From Amphiscolops sp. MND2022 (taxonomy: Eukaryota), in the NCBI GenBank assembly GCA_964187785.1, contig OZ076415.1, positions 29,264,001-29,328,000 on the forward strand: 64,000 bases of DNA. Reading direction: 5' to 3'. Position numbers and translations under genes: made by a program. This document shows, piece after piece, positions 1-13,400 of this stretch (positions are counted from its first letter, which is position 1; the number at the start of each line of letters is the position of its first letter). The notes beneath the pieces were generated by a model. The model was not told the DNA's origin. It saw nothing but the letters and a program-made list of their open reading frames with translations, and ran no database searches.

Positions 1-1308
1 TTTTTTCAGAGTCGCACAAAATGAAAGCTTTCCAGAAGACATCAAGGACATCCAAAGAACACAAACCGTTAAAGCACGCAGCAAGATTGTCAACTTAAAC
101 CCATATCTCGATCAAGAAGGAACACTTCGATCACTCAGCCGACTTCAAAAAGCCCCAATCAACTTTCGAATAAAAAACCCTCAAATCGTAGATGCCAAAC
201 ACTACATCATACGACTCTACATACAGCACATACACGAAGATGAAGGACACGTAGGACTAGAACACATGAGAGTAATACTGCAACAAGAACACTGGATGAC
301 CCATTTGACAACCACACTCAAACAAATAATCTACAACTGTTTCATCTGCAAACGCCAACGTCAACTACCTAGTCAACCCAAAATGGGTAACCTGCCGGAA
401 TTTAGATTCGCGAAGACACCTGCGGCTTTCGAAGACATTGGAATGGACTACTTTGGACCCTTTCCTGAATATCAAAGAAATCAACGCACCAGCCAATACG
501 TCTGCATTTTCACCTGCTTCAGAACAAGAGCAGTGCACTTCGAAGTTGATGAAGACCTAACAACTGATTCATGCTTACTAGCGATCAGACGATTCACAAG
601 CCGACGAGGAAAACCAACAAGTATAACATCTGACAACGCGAGTACATTCCACGCAGCAGCCAAATCCTTGGACCTGGGAAAGATAGAAGAAAAACTAGGA
701 TCCCAACAAATTGATTGGAAATTCATACCCTCTGGAACGCCACATGAAGGAGGAGCTTGGGAACGTCTAATCAAGATGGCAAAAAGAATCCTCTACTCAA
801 TGTCTGGAACCCAAGTTGGACCCAACAGACATTGAATACCTTCATTTGCCAAGTGGAAGGAATTATGAATAGCAGACCTCTGACAAAAGCTTGAGCAGAT
901 AGCAACGACATAGAATGCCTCACACCCAACCATTTCATCATCCCACGACGCAGCAACTTCCCAACGACAACATTAGAGGCGAACAAACACACCGATAGAC
1001 TAATTCAACTAAATAGACAGTGCGAGTCAAATGCCAATCAATTCTGGACAAGGCTCATGAAAGAGTACTTGCCGACACTCAGGCCCCAATCAAAGTGGCA
1101 TACCACCAAAGATCCCATAATGAAAGGTCAAGTGGTGAGGATTCTTGAAAACAACTCGCCCAGAGGACTATGGCCCTTGGGTCTTGTGACAGAAGTTTAT
1201 CCGGGGTCGGACAACATTGTTCGAAAATGTAAACTCAAAACGAAAACTGGCGAAACTGTCAAGAGTGCCCACCAGTTATGTCCCCTGGAGTGTAATGGAA
1301 ATCTTTGA
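1..1308 (+). mobile_element. BEL/Pao LTR retrotransposon pol 3' end (integrase zinc finger, DDE core, DUF5641-type tail); disrupted
   Basis: ORF 266-835 has H..GH...C..C, MG.LP..R, F...G.DYFGP and P..GG.WERL motifs typical of Pao integrases. It continues through stops at ~833 and ~895 into KEYLPTL...KW (1057-1308). Confidence 0.93.
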
Positions 1309-2285
1309 ATAATTTGCCACGTGCCATTATTAATCATTGTCAATATTGAATAAAGTGATTCATCAACGTCAAGAGTTTCGACCCCCCATTTAAAGTAAGA
1401 TCATTCCAATTTTCTTCTACACAGCCTAACTAGTGTGCATTTGAAAGCTTAGGTAAAGGAGCAGCAAACCGATTTGAGCTGCAGCTATTTTCGTGGAGAA
1501 ATGAAGCTTTGGAAAGATTTGCCAAAATTTTGTTATTTTCTGACTTCTCTGTGTACTGTCGAGGTTATAGGACTGCTAAAAGTCTCCAAATCTTACAGTG
1601 CCAAAAATATCCATTTGGCGTCAGATTCGAGAGAAAATATCAAAAAACCGAAAAAGGGGACTTTTTTTGCCTCACACTTCTTAGGTAATAATCTAAAATC
1701 AAATGGGAAATCCTTCGGTCCATTTCCATGCTCCTAAAATCAGCTATTACATATACAGCTCAAGAAATAAATCCGGGACTGTAAGAGTCTTGCAGTTTTC
1801 TTCGAAAAATGCCGACTTAAATGGTTTAATCAATTGGGCCAGCAACTTCAACCTTTAATGAAAGCGGAAGCATGGAGGAAGACACAGAAAAACAGCTTCA
1901 AATAAAGAGTTGGGAAAAGATGCAAATAAATACAACTGAATTAACAAAACACACATTGTGTACAAACGCTTCACAGAAAGGCCGTCAATATAATTCATCA
2001 TTTATATAAATTGTTTCTTAAAATTGCTAAGATCAAATACTGTATATCAGTGATATGTAACCCAAGAAATACAAACTGCAACCAGATGGGATCAACTGTT
2101 ACCTCTTTGAAGAAATATAACCTTTTGACACGGAAAACTTTCATGTCTCAGGAACTTTTCATCTCAGTCATCGGCAATTTTATTTTCTGACCAGTTTCAA
2201 GAAAACATTGGGATCATTTTGTGATCTTCGAAAAGCAGTTTGCGATGATAAAGTTTCGCGTCGATATTGGCAACTTTTGATGTTC

Positions 2286-5200
2286 TCACTGAAACTTTGA
2301 ATTGGATCCAAACTTTTGCTTGACAGATTTGCTGAAATTGTGGTTTTTGTGGCTAACTGCGGCGGCGGTGTTGTTGTAATATTGCTTGTTTGTGGATCCA
2401 TTTGCGGGGGGTTTCGATGGTGGCGGACAGCATACGGAGAAGAAGGGGGCAGCAGTCTTTTCACACCCCTCGTCCCAGAAGGTGGAGCAGTCGGAGCGGG
2501 TGCACGTGACCAGGAGGGCGAAGACGGAGATGTAAGGCACAAGGAGGATGATTATCCACCAGGAAAAGGGAACGTTGAACATGTGTTCCATGATCATGTC
2601 ATAGATGGTAAGAAGGTTTCTGTCTTTGCGTTTAAACTGTTTGGCAGAACAACAGGACAGGCATTGTCAAAACAAACTTGCAGAAAAAAACCGAAGGTGG
2701 AATTAATATTTCGAAAATGTCGCACAGTGCCCCAAAAACTCAAATGGAGCATGGCTTTTTGAGGCTTCGAGCGAGCGAAGCGACGAAGTCTCTATTGTTC
2801 CGCGTTTACTAGCGTTTTGGTTTTTTTTTCGCGTGACATACCCTCTGCATTTGTATTAATTGAAGGCTATTTTCTCAGAGCCTATTTTCCCGCGACCATC
2901 CAAACTTTCCAAAAAGAAACGCAACTTGATGCTCTTTCTAACCGTGTAAAAACTTTCCGAAAATTTTCCACCGGCGCGATTTTATTAGCTTCGAAAGCGC
3001 GAAATTTTCGAAAATTTTTAGGGTTTTTGTCGATTTTGCTATTTTTCTTTTCGCAAACCACAGCGAATTGGCCCGATGTAGGTACTAACCGACGTAAAAC
3101 GGTGTTTTCTTTAATTTGGTGAAAGTTTTTTTATCCTAGAATTATTGGGCTTTGCGAAAATGACCATTAAAAATAGGAAAAATTTTCGTTTTTGCGTAAA
3201 AAATTTCTCAACCTATTTTCAAGTAGCAATCAGTTCTAATCCAAGCAGTGGTGTTTCTACTCGATAACAGGTCTGCTTAGCTGCCCAAAGTTAGAAATTG
3301 GAAAGTCACAACGTTTACGTCGGACAGATAGAGACAAAAAAGTTTTCAAATTTTTTGAATTTTTGATAAATTGCTCTTTTATTCAATTTTGTAAAAGTTT
3401 TGGCCTATTTTCTCGGAGCCTAATACTTCGAGACCATCCAAAAACTCAACAAATTGTTGGAACTGAATTTGTTGGTGAAGATTTAAATGTTGTTGGATTT
3501 TCGGGCAGTTCATTGTATATTATACAAATTGTGCTTTACTACGAATCTTGAAATAAATGAATATTTGATCCTTCAATTTTTAAATATACATTTTCCAAAC
3601 TAATCTTAGGAAGGAGTGAATAGACGAAGTTACCGGATCGGTCTTGTAAAAATGCATAGATTGCGGTCTGATTACCCCTAGTAACCCTCCTACTGTCTTA
3701 TTTGCACGGCTGTTGTTAAAAATGCTGACTTCATCCTTGGAAAGTTTTTATTTATTTATACTGCTAGTAGAAAATGTAAAAATGCTCGAAGACCTATCGG
3801 CAATGTACATTGAATCATATACTCCATAATTGCTCATTGATTTGCTTTGTCTCATGCCTGTAAAATTTTCGGTGAAGTTTTTTTGTCCATTTTTGATGTC
3901 GGAAACCAAAGTTTTTTTCAGACCTCTCGATGTATGGGTTTTCGAGAGTGAGATCATATTGGACCACTGGAGTACATACTCATCGTTAGTTATTGATGAT
4001 GTGGTTCTTTGAAGCGTAAAACCGCGAAATTTCCGTTCTTAACGTATTCTATCCAGTGAATATCTGCACAGAAGGTATTATGCATTACCGCAATATTCCT
4101 GAGAGATTTGATGTCATATGCAACGATTAAATCAAGACAACACTAAGTTATATTCACACCTCGCTGTGCAATGATATTCAACTACGTTGTATTGAAAACA
4201 AAAATGATTTCGGATCTTTTCGTGATTTTGCCCCATTCGCAAATTTTAACAGGTTATTCATCCTCTGGAATACGTTTCCAACGGTGCCCACTGATGCTGG
4301 AAGGTTGTTTGATGCACAATTCAGCTAATTTTTAGAACTGAAAGTATACTTGCTAGTGATGGCACATATTAACCGTCCTTTTGATAACTAGGGCAGCCCT
4401 TCCTTTTATACAGTGGTAAAGGCCGAAAAAGTTAAGCTTCATAGGATTAATACCCGCAATTCTTTTCAATTTCATTGTATTTTGAGCATTCTCGTGCCGT
4501 ATATAACCTTAGCTATTCGTCATAGCTAATAACTTGGTAATATGGTTCAAATGCACATGATGATAGTCAATTATGGCTGCGGGACCTGTCGCTCGAAGCC
4601 GTGCGCAAATTCCTTTGCGCCTATGTTTTTCTTTGATCTTTTTAGCACACTTCAGATATTGTGGCAGAAAATTGTTACAAAGTAGGCCTATCAGAGTGGA
4701 AACTTTCATCTGACAAAAAATGTACCTGTGAGAGTCGGGCACTTTATACAAAAATCGGCGACTGAAAATGAAATAAAACTCTACATTATGCAATTTTTTC
4801 ACTATATGTTTGAATCAGCACGGCGTTTGAAAAAAGCAGCAATTATCGTTTGAAACGAGCAATAGGCTCAAAAGCAATTCAGTAGCAAACATTTGCTCCA
4901 AATAATTTCAAGAGAACGATATTCTTTTACTATTTCAACTGTTGATCTTGGGATGATCGATTTTGAACAGCGTGAAGTACTAATTTATTCAATCGCTCGT
5001 TTAAGCAATCAACTTAGAAAAAGTCATTTTGAGTTCTCAGTGTACTTTTGATTCGGTGCATTCCATGAGAAAATGTGCCCCGACAAATACAGTGAACAGC
5101 TCATTTTTCTCCAGACAACAGAGCGCACACTTAATGGTCCACTTTTGAACCGACTCTGTTCACGCCGTTAACAGGGCACCAACTTTAGACGGTTCCGAAT

Positions 5201-5652
5201 TGATTCAATATATCTATTGATAAAAAGCATATCTATTATATGGTGGATCACTCATCCACAAGAATTTCAAGATTTTCCAGGAACTTTGAAGAATTGATCA
5301 CGCGAAGGTAAGTAAAATTGGACGCCAAAACTTACTTTCGAGTTAGAAAACGGTTGAAACTGATACTGCTGAAAACTAAAATTGTGAACTTTTTTAAAGC
5401 TGCATATCACGTGCATGGTAGGGTGGTATATTATGTACATGGCAAGTTATGGACAGATGGCAATGCCTGTTTGGCGTGGTCCAGAGCCAGCTGAGAGTAA
5501 TTATCGCTGATGTCGAACAAGTAGTGCATGAAGTAGAAGGTGAGACCGAGGTAGCACGCCAACAGCACCCAGCTCACCCTCTGTCTGTAGCTGGTGGAAG
5601 CAGCAGCCGAGGATACCGGGTCCTTCTTGTACTCTATGCTGAAATCAGCCAT
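2286..5652 (-). CDS. LYSET: LYSET/TMEM251 homologue (lysosomal enzyme trafficking factor); exons 5652-5467 and 2636-2286; 178 aa
   Basis: Exon 1 SYRQRVSWVLLACYLGLTFYFMHYLFDISDNYSQLALDHAKQ and exon 2 MFNVPFSWWIIILLVPYISVFALLVTCTRSD match the two TM segments of TMEM251 as recalled (FRQRMGW..YL...YY.FEIS..Y..LALEH / LPFW.W..I.LVPY......SCTRAD). They join in phase 0 via CAG|GCATTG (5467/5466) and AAACAG|TTT (2637/2636). Confidence 0.85.
3720..5300 (-). pseudogene. Highly degenerate hAT-like transposase remnant in the LYSET intron
   Basis: Broken minus-strand frames include LPASVGTVGNVFQRMN (resembles the hAT C-terminal LP.S....ER.FS motif) and EYHCTARC (resembles C.AH). Confidence 0.4.
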
Positions 5653-7418
5653 CAGTCCTGAAATAAACACTAACTGTCTGAGGAGCTGCAGATCGACCAG
5701 CCGTCAACTAGCTTCCGTAGAGTCTTCTATAAGTCTCATAGTCCACCAGGGAGGGCTGTTTTAACCTTGGCAAACGTTCGGGTGCAACTAATCAATCATG
5801 TAGCACAGCCATTTCTGACGATTGATAAAATTGTGATGCTACGACCGATTTTATAAATTCTCCTCCTCTTGTCGATGTTTCAAAAATTTATTACTACGGA
5901 ACCGTTACTGACATCGTAAGGAGGCTCTGCAGCTTGCAGCGTATTGACACCTGAGAAACTTTACCGACGAGCCCCCTTTTCGACATGGGTAACTGCAACA
6001 TTTGCTTTCACCATTTCACCGTGAGGTTTCGATACGCATGATCTCTTTGTTTACTCACACTATTACATGTACCGGCTGTTAATCTAGCTAGAAAAATCGT
6101 GTCTTTAAAGTCTGTCTTTTTGTGGATTTGAAAAACCAGGTCGCCATGTTTTGATAGCCATGATTTATTAAAAACTGCTCATTCAAAAAACTGACCCTTG
6201 CCAATACTCCAAAGCAGTGAAATATCTTTCACCAAAAAACGCGTTTATCACTTTTCACTGACCCTTAATGCTTAAACGGTACTTTTTTTTAAAAATGGCT
6301 CAGAAAATTTAAATTTTCAATAACTGCTTATTAATTTATCGAGCTTAACTGTCTTTCACATGTACTGCAGCTTGACAACGAAGTTTTATGAAAGCAGGAG
6401 GGTAACTTTTTCAGAATCCCGCCATATTGCATGTCAACGGTACCGAGGCAATCAGATTAGCGAAATATCAGTCGTCGCTTTCGCTGTCGGGACTTAATTA
6501 ATTGGATATTACGTCACTTTCGCTACTTTTGCGCTTTCGCTTACAAGCGACCCAACCTAATTCACTGTTTCTAAGGATATGAAGCTGAAAAGAAGTTCCT
6601 TCACAGATTGTTCGGAGGCACAATTGAGTTGCTTACTGGTCCGTTAATTTTACAAATCTTTTTGAATTTCCAAATAGCGAAATTAGTGAACATGAAAATC
6701 AAAAATTGTTTAGCAAAAGCGTTCAAGCGAAACAAAAATAAAGAACTTTGTAGAATGTCAACAGTCCATTTATAGATCAAGTAAAACATTTTGTTTTCAA
6801 GATGAAAACCAAAAGGAAACACAATTAGTGACATTTGTTCAAGAATCTCTTGGTACCGCAAAAAATACTATACAAAAATACAGGCGAATTTTGAAAGAAA
6901 AAGAATGTAGCTATAAAATCTATTCAAAACAGAACAATAGACACTGACATACACATTTGTGATAACAGTAATTAATTTATTCAATTCCAATCATTCAGGC
7001 CGCTCAATTTGTCCACCAAAATATTTTACAGATTTAATTCGGAAAAATTTAAGTAATTCATAATATGTGAAACACATAAGCCATGCATGCGCAAAAATCA
7101 GTTACTGGTATTTGTTATTTTTGTTTCGATATCTTCTTCAATTGCAATTGTATGATGAACTACTTAATATACAGTTATTCGCTTTTTGATATGTCAAATA
7201 CAATTACAGTATTCAAAAGAAACGCAATAATATATGCGCAATTACTCCTACTCGGAGTGTTTGGATGTGAAAAGCTGTGGTCGAATTGTTCATACTAGTA
7301 GGGTGGGTTCATCTGTTTCGATAGGGGGTTTGGGGAGCACAAGAGTAGAGGCCGGGGTGTTGGGTTGCACGATGTGAGTGTCATTGTATTTCCGTTGCTT
7401 TTCTTTGGCCATGTCTAG

Positions 7419-7441
7419 TCAATTTGTCCTCACTTGGTAGT
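7419..7441 (-). CDS. AP1M1: AP1M1 last coding exon (DYQVRTN*)
   Basis: Acceptor tttgtttag|AC completes the phase-1 GAC codon; TGA at 7421-7419. Confidence 0.93.
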
Positions 7442-10400
7442 CTAAACAAAAACAATATCCTCTAATAAACCAAAAACTGGGAAACAAAACTGCTTCTTGA
7501 ATAAGCAGTTGAAAGTCAAATAGGTTCTGTACAAAGTTTCGTCCGCAACGTTTCATTATTCAAATGATATGCATTGCTGAACAGTCGTGTTTACCACCAC
7601 GCGCTGCAAGATCAAAATTGAACCGATTACGTAATAATGGCTTCATTGAATGAAAAACTTCAACATATTGAAAGCTCTCTTGATCCAAAACTCTTCGAAT
7701 TTCTATCAGAATTAGTTTCAAATATCAATGAGAAGGACCAAGTTATCACAACATTACAAAAAGAAGTCTGTTATTTGAACAAAAAAGTGAACGAGCTAGA
7801 ACGTTATTCATCTAAAGATTGCATTATCATCCAGAATTTACCTCTTTTGTCGCCGAAGCAGAGCTTAGTGGAGGACGTGGTACGATTACTCAACGAACAA
7901 CTCCAAATAAAGGTTATGTCTTCCGATATAGTAGCCTGTCATTTCCTAGCGCCATATAAAGGTACTAAAGATCCACCACCCGTAATTGTAAAATTCGTCT
8001 ATTTCTGGCAAAAAGATAGAGCTTGGTCTCGTAAATATTGGTTGAAAAATTACACGAATCCCGTTAATGGCTTCCCTGTATATTTCAGGGAACGATTAAC
8101 GAAAAGTGACAGAGATCTTATGGATTACATGCATGGGCTTGGACTGAAAACCGCTACCAACAATTGTGTTCCCCAAATTTTGATAAAGACACAGAACGGT
8201 ATTCGCAAGCATAACGTGGTCGATGCAGCCGATGCTGACGAAATTCTGGAAAGTGGCAAAGCAGTGCTTATGAAAGAATCCAAGAAGATACCAATGAATA
8301 CTCATAGCTACTCGAATGATACTTCGAAAACACCAAATGCTAAACGAAACAGACCAGATTCAGCTAAACCTACATTCGATGCAGAAATAACGAATCAATT
8401 GAAAATGCTTCGAAATGAATCTGACCCTGGAAAACTAAAACAATACATTGATATGCTAGTTGGCGACTCCCCTCCAGCAAAATCGTGTAATAAAAGCCAT
8501 GAAGACGAAACCAGCAGCAGTGGTACTCCAATGACTGACTAACTCCATAACATTACATTACCTATAATGAATAACAATGAGAATCAATTACAAGGCCAAA
8601 CACCGTCTTTTTTAAGGAGCATACTCGGAATGAACATAAGATCTTTGGGACTTCATCTAAACGAATTGAAAATATTTTTAGGAAGCTTCGCGAATAAACC
8701 GGACATAATAGCTATCACCGAATCTTGGATGACAGAAAACGACGATCCTGATAATTATAATTTAGAAGGATATCAGCCAATAGAGTCATTTCCCAGAAAA
8801 GACGCGAAACGCCGCTCAGGGGGTGTAGCGTTATATGTTAACACAGGAATACGTTACAAAAACATTTTATTTGAAACTGCAATTGAATGTTGTATTTTTG
8901 AAGTTGAATTTTCTGTCAAAACGATTGTTATCTGCATCGTTTACCGGAATGAAAAATTTCGGTTGCCGCAATTTTTCCCTGAGTTCGAGGAATTACTTCA
9001 CAACCTGAAGGCATTCAATAAGGAGACTATTTTATTTGGCGACTTCAATATAGATACTCTAAAAGATAGTACAGAGAAAAAGAAATATGAGTCAATCCTT
9101 ACTGCATTTAATTTTCAGATTCGTAATTTTGAGCCCACACGAGTAACTCCCAAAACTAAAACATGCCTAGACCATTTCATATCGAGTAATTATTTTTCAA
9201 CTAAAACATTGAAAACAACGATCAGCGACCATTATTCTGTTTTATTAGAAATTCCAGATGCAAAAAAAGAAATGCATGATGATACATTTAGGAGTCGGAA
9301 TTTGAAGAAACTGAAGTGTGAAAACAGATTAAATTTTCTATTCGTGCTGGATCAAAATTTGAAAAAAATTCCGCTGAATTTGGATATTGACGACCTGAGT
9401 ACTTCTATTGCTGATAGTATTATCGAAAGTGTGAACAAATTTGCCCCCGAGAAGTGTCATCATCCAATCAATAATTCTGATACTTGGATTACAAATAGCG
9501 TTAAAAATGCAATCAATAAGCGAGACAAATTGTTCCAAAAATGGGTGTCAAATCCAAGCGATGAAAATCATCGTTTATACAAAACGCAACGCAATAATGT
9601 TACAGCGATTATTCGTAAGGCTAAAAGAGATGACAATTTTAAAAAACTTGGGAGCAATCCAACTGCTAAATCAATATACAGAACATTGAAAACGCATAAA
9701 AATGAAGTCCTCGGACTCCAGGATTACCCAGAACTAAATAGCTTGAATAAACATTTCGCTACTATAGGATCGCGTCTGTCATCCAAGTTACCTATAGAAA
9801 ACTTAACATTGAACATGCCAGCTAACGAAAACTCTATGGTCATTTTTCCCACGGACGAACTAGAAATCGGGAAAATTATCTCAAATTTAAAAAACAAGAA
9901 AAGTCACGGACATGACGGTATTAGTAATGAAATCCTAAAATGCTGTTCACCAATAGTTGAACCATATTTAGCGAATGCTTTCAACAGAGCCATTGAGGAG
10001 TCTAAATTTCCAAGTGCGTTTAAGATTGCAAAAATTATTCCGCTATTTAAAAAAGGTGATAGAGCTAAATTGGAAAATTACCGCCCGATTAGTTTATTAA
10101 GTTCCCTAAGCAAAGTTTTTGAAAAACTTTTGTATCAACGAATGATTAATTTCTGCGAAAAAAATCAATTGTTCATATCTGCACAGTTTGGTTTTCGATC
10201 AAAAAAATCTTGTGCTGACGCAATAATGTTAGTCACTGAGTACATGAGGGATGAGATTGATAAAAAATCTAGCGGTCAGGCTTGTTTTATAGATCTACAG
10301 AAAGCGTTTGATACACTTGATCATGATATCTTACTGATGAAATTGTATGAATATGGTTTTAGAGGTGAAGTCAATATCCTTTTGAGAAGCTATTTAAGTA

Positions 10401-13400
10401 ACCGGGTTCAATACATAAGTATATCAGGTAAAACTACCAGCTGTCAAAAAATTGAAACTGGCGTACCTCAAGGGTCAATTCTAGGGCCATTATTGTTTTT
10501 ACTTTACATCAACGATATAGCGAAATGCGATATCAACTGCAAGATAGCACTATTTGCAGACGACACCAGTATTTTGAAAACAAATCGGAAAAACGATACG
10601 GGTATTCAACAAGATGTAAACGAGTTAATTAATTGGTACACAGCGAATAAGCTCTCTGTCAATCTAGACAAATGTGAAATTTTGCCTTTCGGTTCAGGAC
10701 AACCAGATGAGATCAAAATGATGAATAATACCATACCGTACAAAAAGTCGTGCAAATATTTAGGCATTCATTTAGATAGTTCGTTAAGATTTAATCATCA
10801 TATTGAATATGTAGTGAAGAAGTTAAACAAATTTTGTGGTCTGATCTATAGAATTCGACATTTTTACGACATAAAATGCCTTTTAATGTTCTACAACTCG
10901 TTTGCAAAAACTGTTATCTGTTATGGTCTATTGATTTACGGCGCAGCTGCTAAAAGCAATTTGAGAAAAATAGAAATGGCTCAGCGACGTATACTTAGAG
11001 CTATTTTTTTCAAACGAAAGTACGATTCTTTGGTAAATGTTCTGCAGAAAAATAACATTCTCTCTGTCTTTGAACTCTATTTAGTTGAACTAATCAAAGA
11101 ATTGTTTAGACAGTTTCAAAATAAATCCCCAACAAGTTTTCTGCCCCAACTTGAAACTAATGTTAGTAGAAGCATAACCACAAGGTATCAGAAGAATCAT
11201 TCCTTACCACTGGCTAGAGGACGTACGTTAATAAAAAGAAAATGCCTTCAAAATGCACTTTGCAAAAGTTACAATTGGTTAGGTCAATTCAATCTTTTAC
11301 CATGTGACATGCATTTGATGACCAAATCACAAATACACACGTATTTAAAAAAACTAGAAAGACTCTATATCGTTGACAATTATCAACTTTTTAAACTTTT
11401 CTTCTAAGTATCTCCGTGTTCCACGCATCGATGTCTTATAAAAGTATGCCTTTTAGTTGATTCTCCGGGGTGAGAACTCGAAGAGCTACTAAGCTCATCT
11501 CTCATCCTATTGGATATTATATATAAATAAAGTGATTCATTACTGATATGTTTTGCTTTTAATATCCAATGAAATTAAACTTTCAAACTTTTATTTCGGA
11601 CCATGTTTCTTATCCCCAAGAAATGACCCTGATTTTTTCATATTATTGTCCAAAACTGCAATATGTCACGCCTAGAACATGCCAAAATCGTTTAGAAAGG
11701 CCCACGTTTTAACGCAAAATTTTCTCAATAAAATTGAATAACTGCTGACTGTGGATCGATGTAAGAGAAATAATTATGTCAATTATTTTATCGGACCGAA
11801 TTTTTATTGCAAGCGATGTCGAAATAATGGTATTTTCTAGATTTTATTAATTTGATGCCCGAGGGCGTACAATTTTCAATTTAAAAAATTTGATTGTCAC
11901 CAGTCATGGAAGCACTAGCCCTGCAGATAAATCTGCAAAAAAACAGAAAGGTTATTCAAGTTATCAATTTTCACGGTATTCATCAGCTGGTCTAGTTTTA
12001 TCAAGTTTGGGTAGTTACAGAAATACTCCGGCAGGAGTCTTTTACGGTCAGTTTGGAAAAATTTACTGACTAGTAGTAGTAGGTGGTATTCGTCGGCTCT
12101 ACATTTTTCTTGGCAGAACGGACATGTATTGCTTTCGTTTACTAGGATCTTGTCTTTTACCGCTGCTAAAATTATAGGTGTACACCTGAAATCCTTGTTT
12201 CTTACCCCAGCCCCTTGAAGAAACATGGTCAAGTAATTCTTTCTTTCAAAGATACTAGCTTTCCGAAAGGCATCACTCTAGATTAAAACGTTGATTCGCC
12301 TTTTTCTTGGTACATTGATATCATGAGTTCCATCGAAAAAATCACGAACAAAAGTTATTGCCACATAAGTGATGCATTATGTGGTTTTTAGTTAGGAAAC
12401 GAATGAGTGGCTCACCTCCATTCTGTGTGATGTATCTGACCCAGGGAAGTGCCTGGTAGCCGCTCTTCTCGATGATCTTCAAGTACCTCACTTGGATGCC
12501 AGACGTCGTGAAGTAGGGGATCTCGAATTTGACGTGAATTGGGGGCTTACCCTCGTCCTCTTCTGCCTCCACGCTGCAAAAAATGACAGTCAACTTTCAG
12601 GGGAACGAAAATGATAGTCATCAGTATAATCAATTCATGACAGTTGAGTTGGCTCTTCGCACCAAAAACCCCAAGAAAAGGAACCCTTGAGTCTAATCGA
12701 ACACCTCTCTAACTATCCTTTCAATATAAGACAATGCTGTTTTTCATTTTAAATTATAATTCATTATTTCAGTGTAAGTTATTATATAATTTTTAATTTG
12801 AACTTGTACACTGCCTTTTATAAGGAAAGCAATATTTTCTCTTATATAAAGGAAATTCAGTGTTTTTTAATGGATCAAAATGATGACTTCATTCTTTGAA
12901 AAGTAGAAAAAAATAGCTTATTGTTTATTCCATACGCTGGAAGATTTTTTCTGTAAACTAACCTGGGCAAGTTGAAGTGGGCTCGCATCACAAACTCCTT
13001 GCCCCCTGGGAAACTTTTGATGTACCAGACGACAGTGCTGTCTTCGGGGATGTACTTGAGAGAACCCACTGAGGTCTTGAACTTGGGTGAGTCGGCGTCA
13101 CTCGGAACTGGGACTATTATCTCTACGTGGTTGGCTGTGGACCGACGTTTGAACTGTGACTTAGCCTTTATCATGTATTCCACACGACTATGGCTGTGGC
13201 GCTCAATCACTGATTCAATCCAAATTAGGGGTTTAACCTGTCAATTACAATACGGTATTTCCTACAGTTGAAGCACTAACTGTTAGTTAAAGGCTTATTC
13301 AACACAGAAAAAGATACAATCTCATTCAATTTCAAAATTTCCGACTCCTGTCTACGCCTGGAAAAAGATACATGGACCTCGAATAGCAGCCAGTAAAATT

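Larger units (their letters stand above)
7572..11543 (+). mobile_element. Full-length, apparently intact non-LTR retrotransposon (CR1/L2/Crack-like) in AP1M1 intron 8
   Basis: A 7-bp TSD TGATATG flanks it (7565-7571 and 11544-11550). The 5' end is CATTGCTGAACAGTCGTG (DPE-like internal promoter motif). It has two open ORFs, and AATAAA plus a GTGATTCATTAC tail at the 3' end. Confidence 0.92.

Noticed and set aside
1340-1370. AATAAAGTGATTCA matching the LINE tail at 11526-11540
   Set aside because: The match is too short to call a second LINE copy; no upstream homology is visible.
5431-5670. Stand-alone 79-aa membrane peptide
   Set aside because: It is better explained as LYSET exon 1 read past the GC donor; the listed start is a GTG in the intron.
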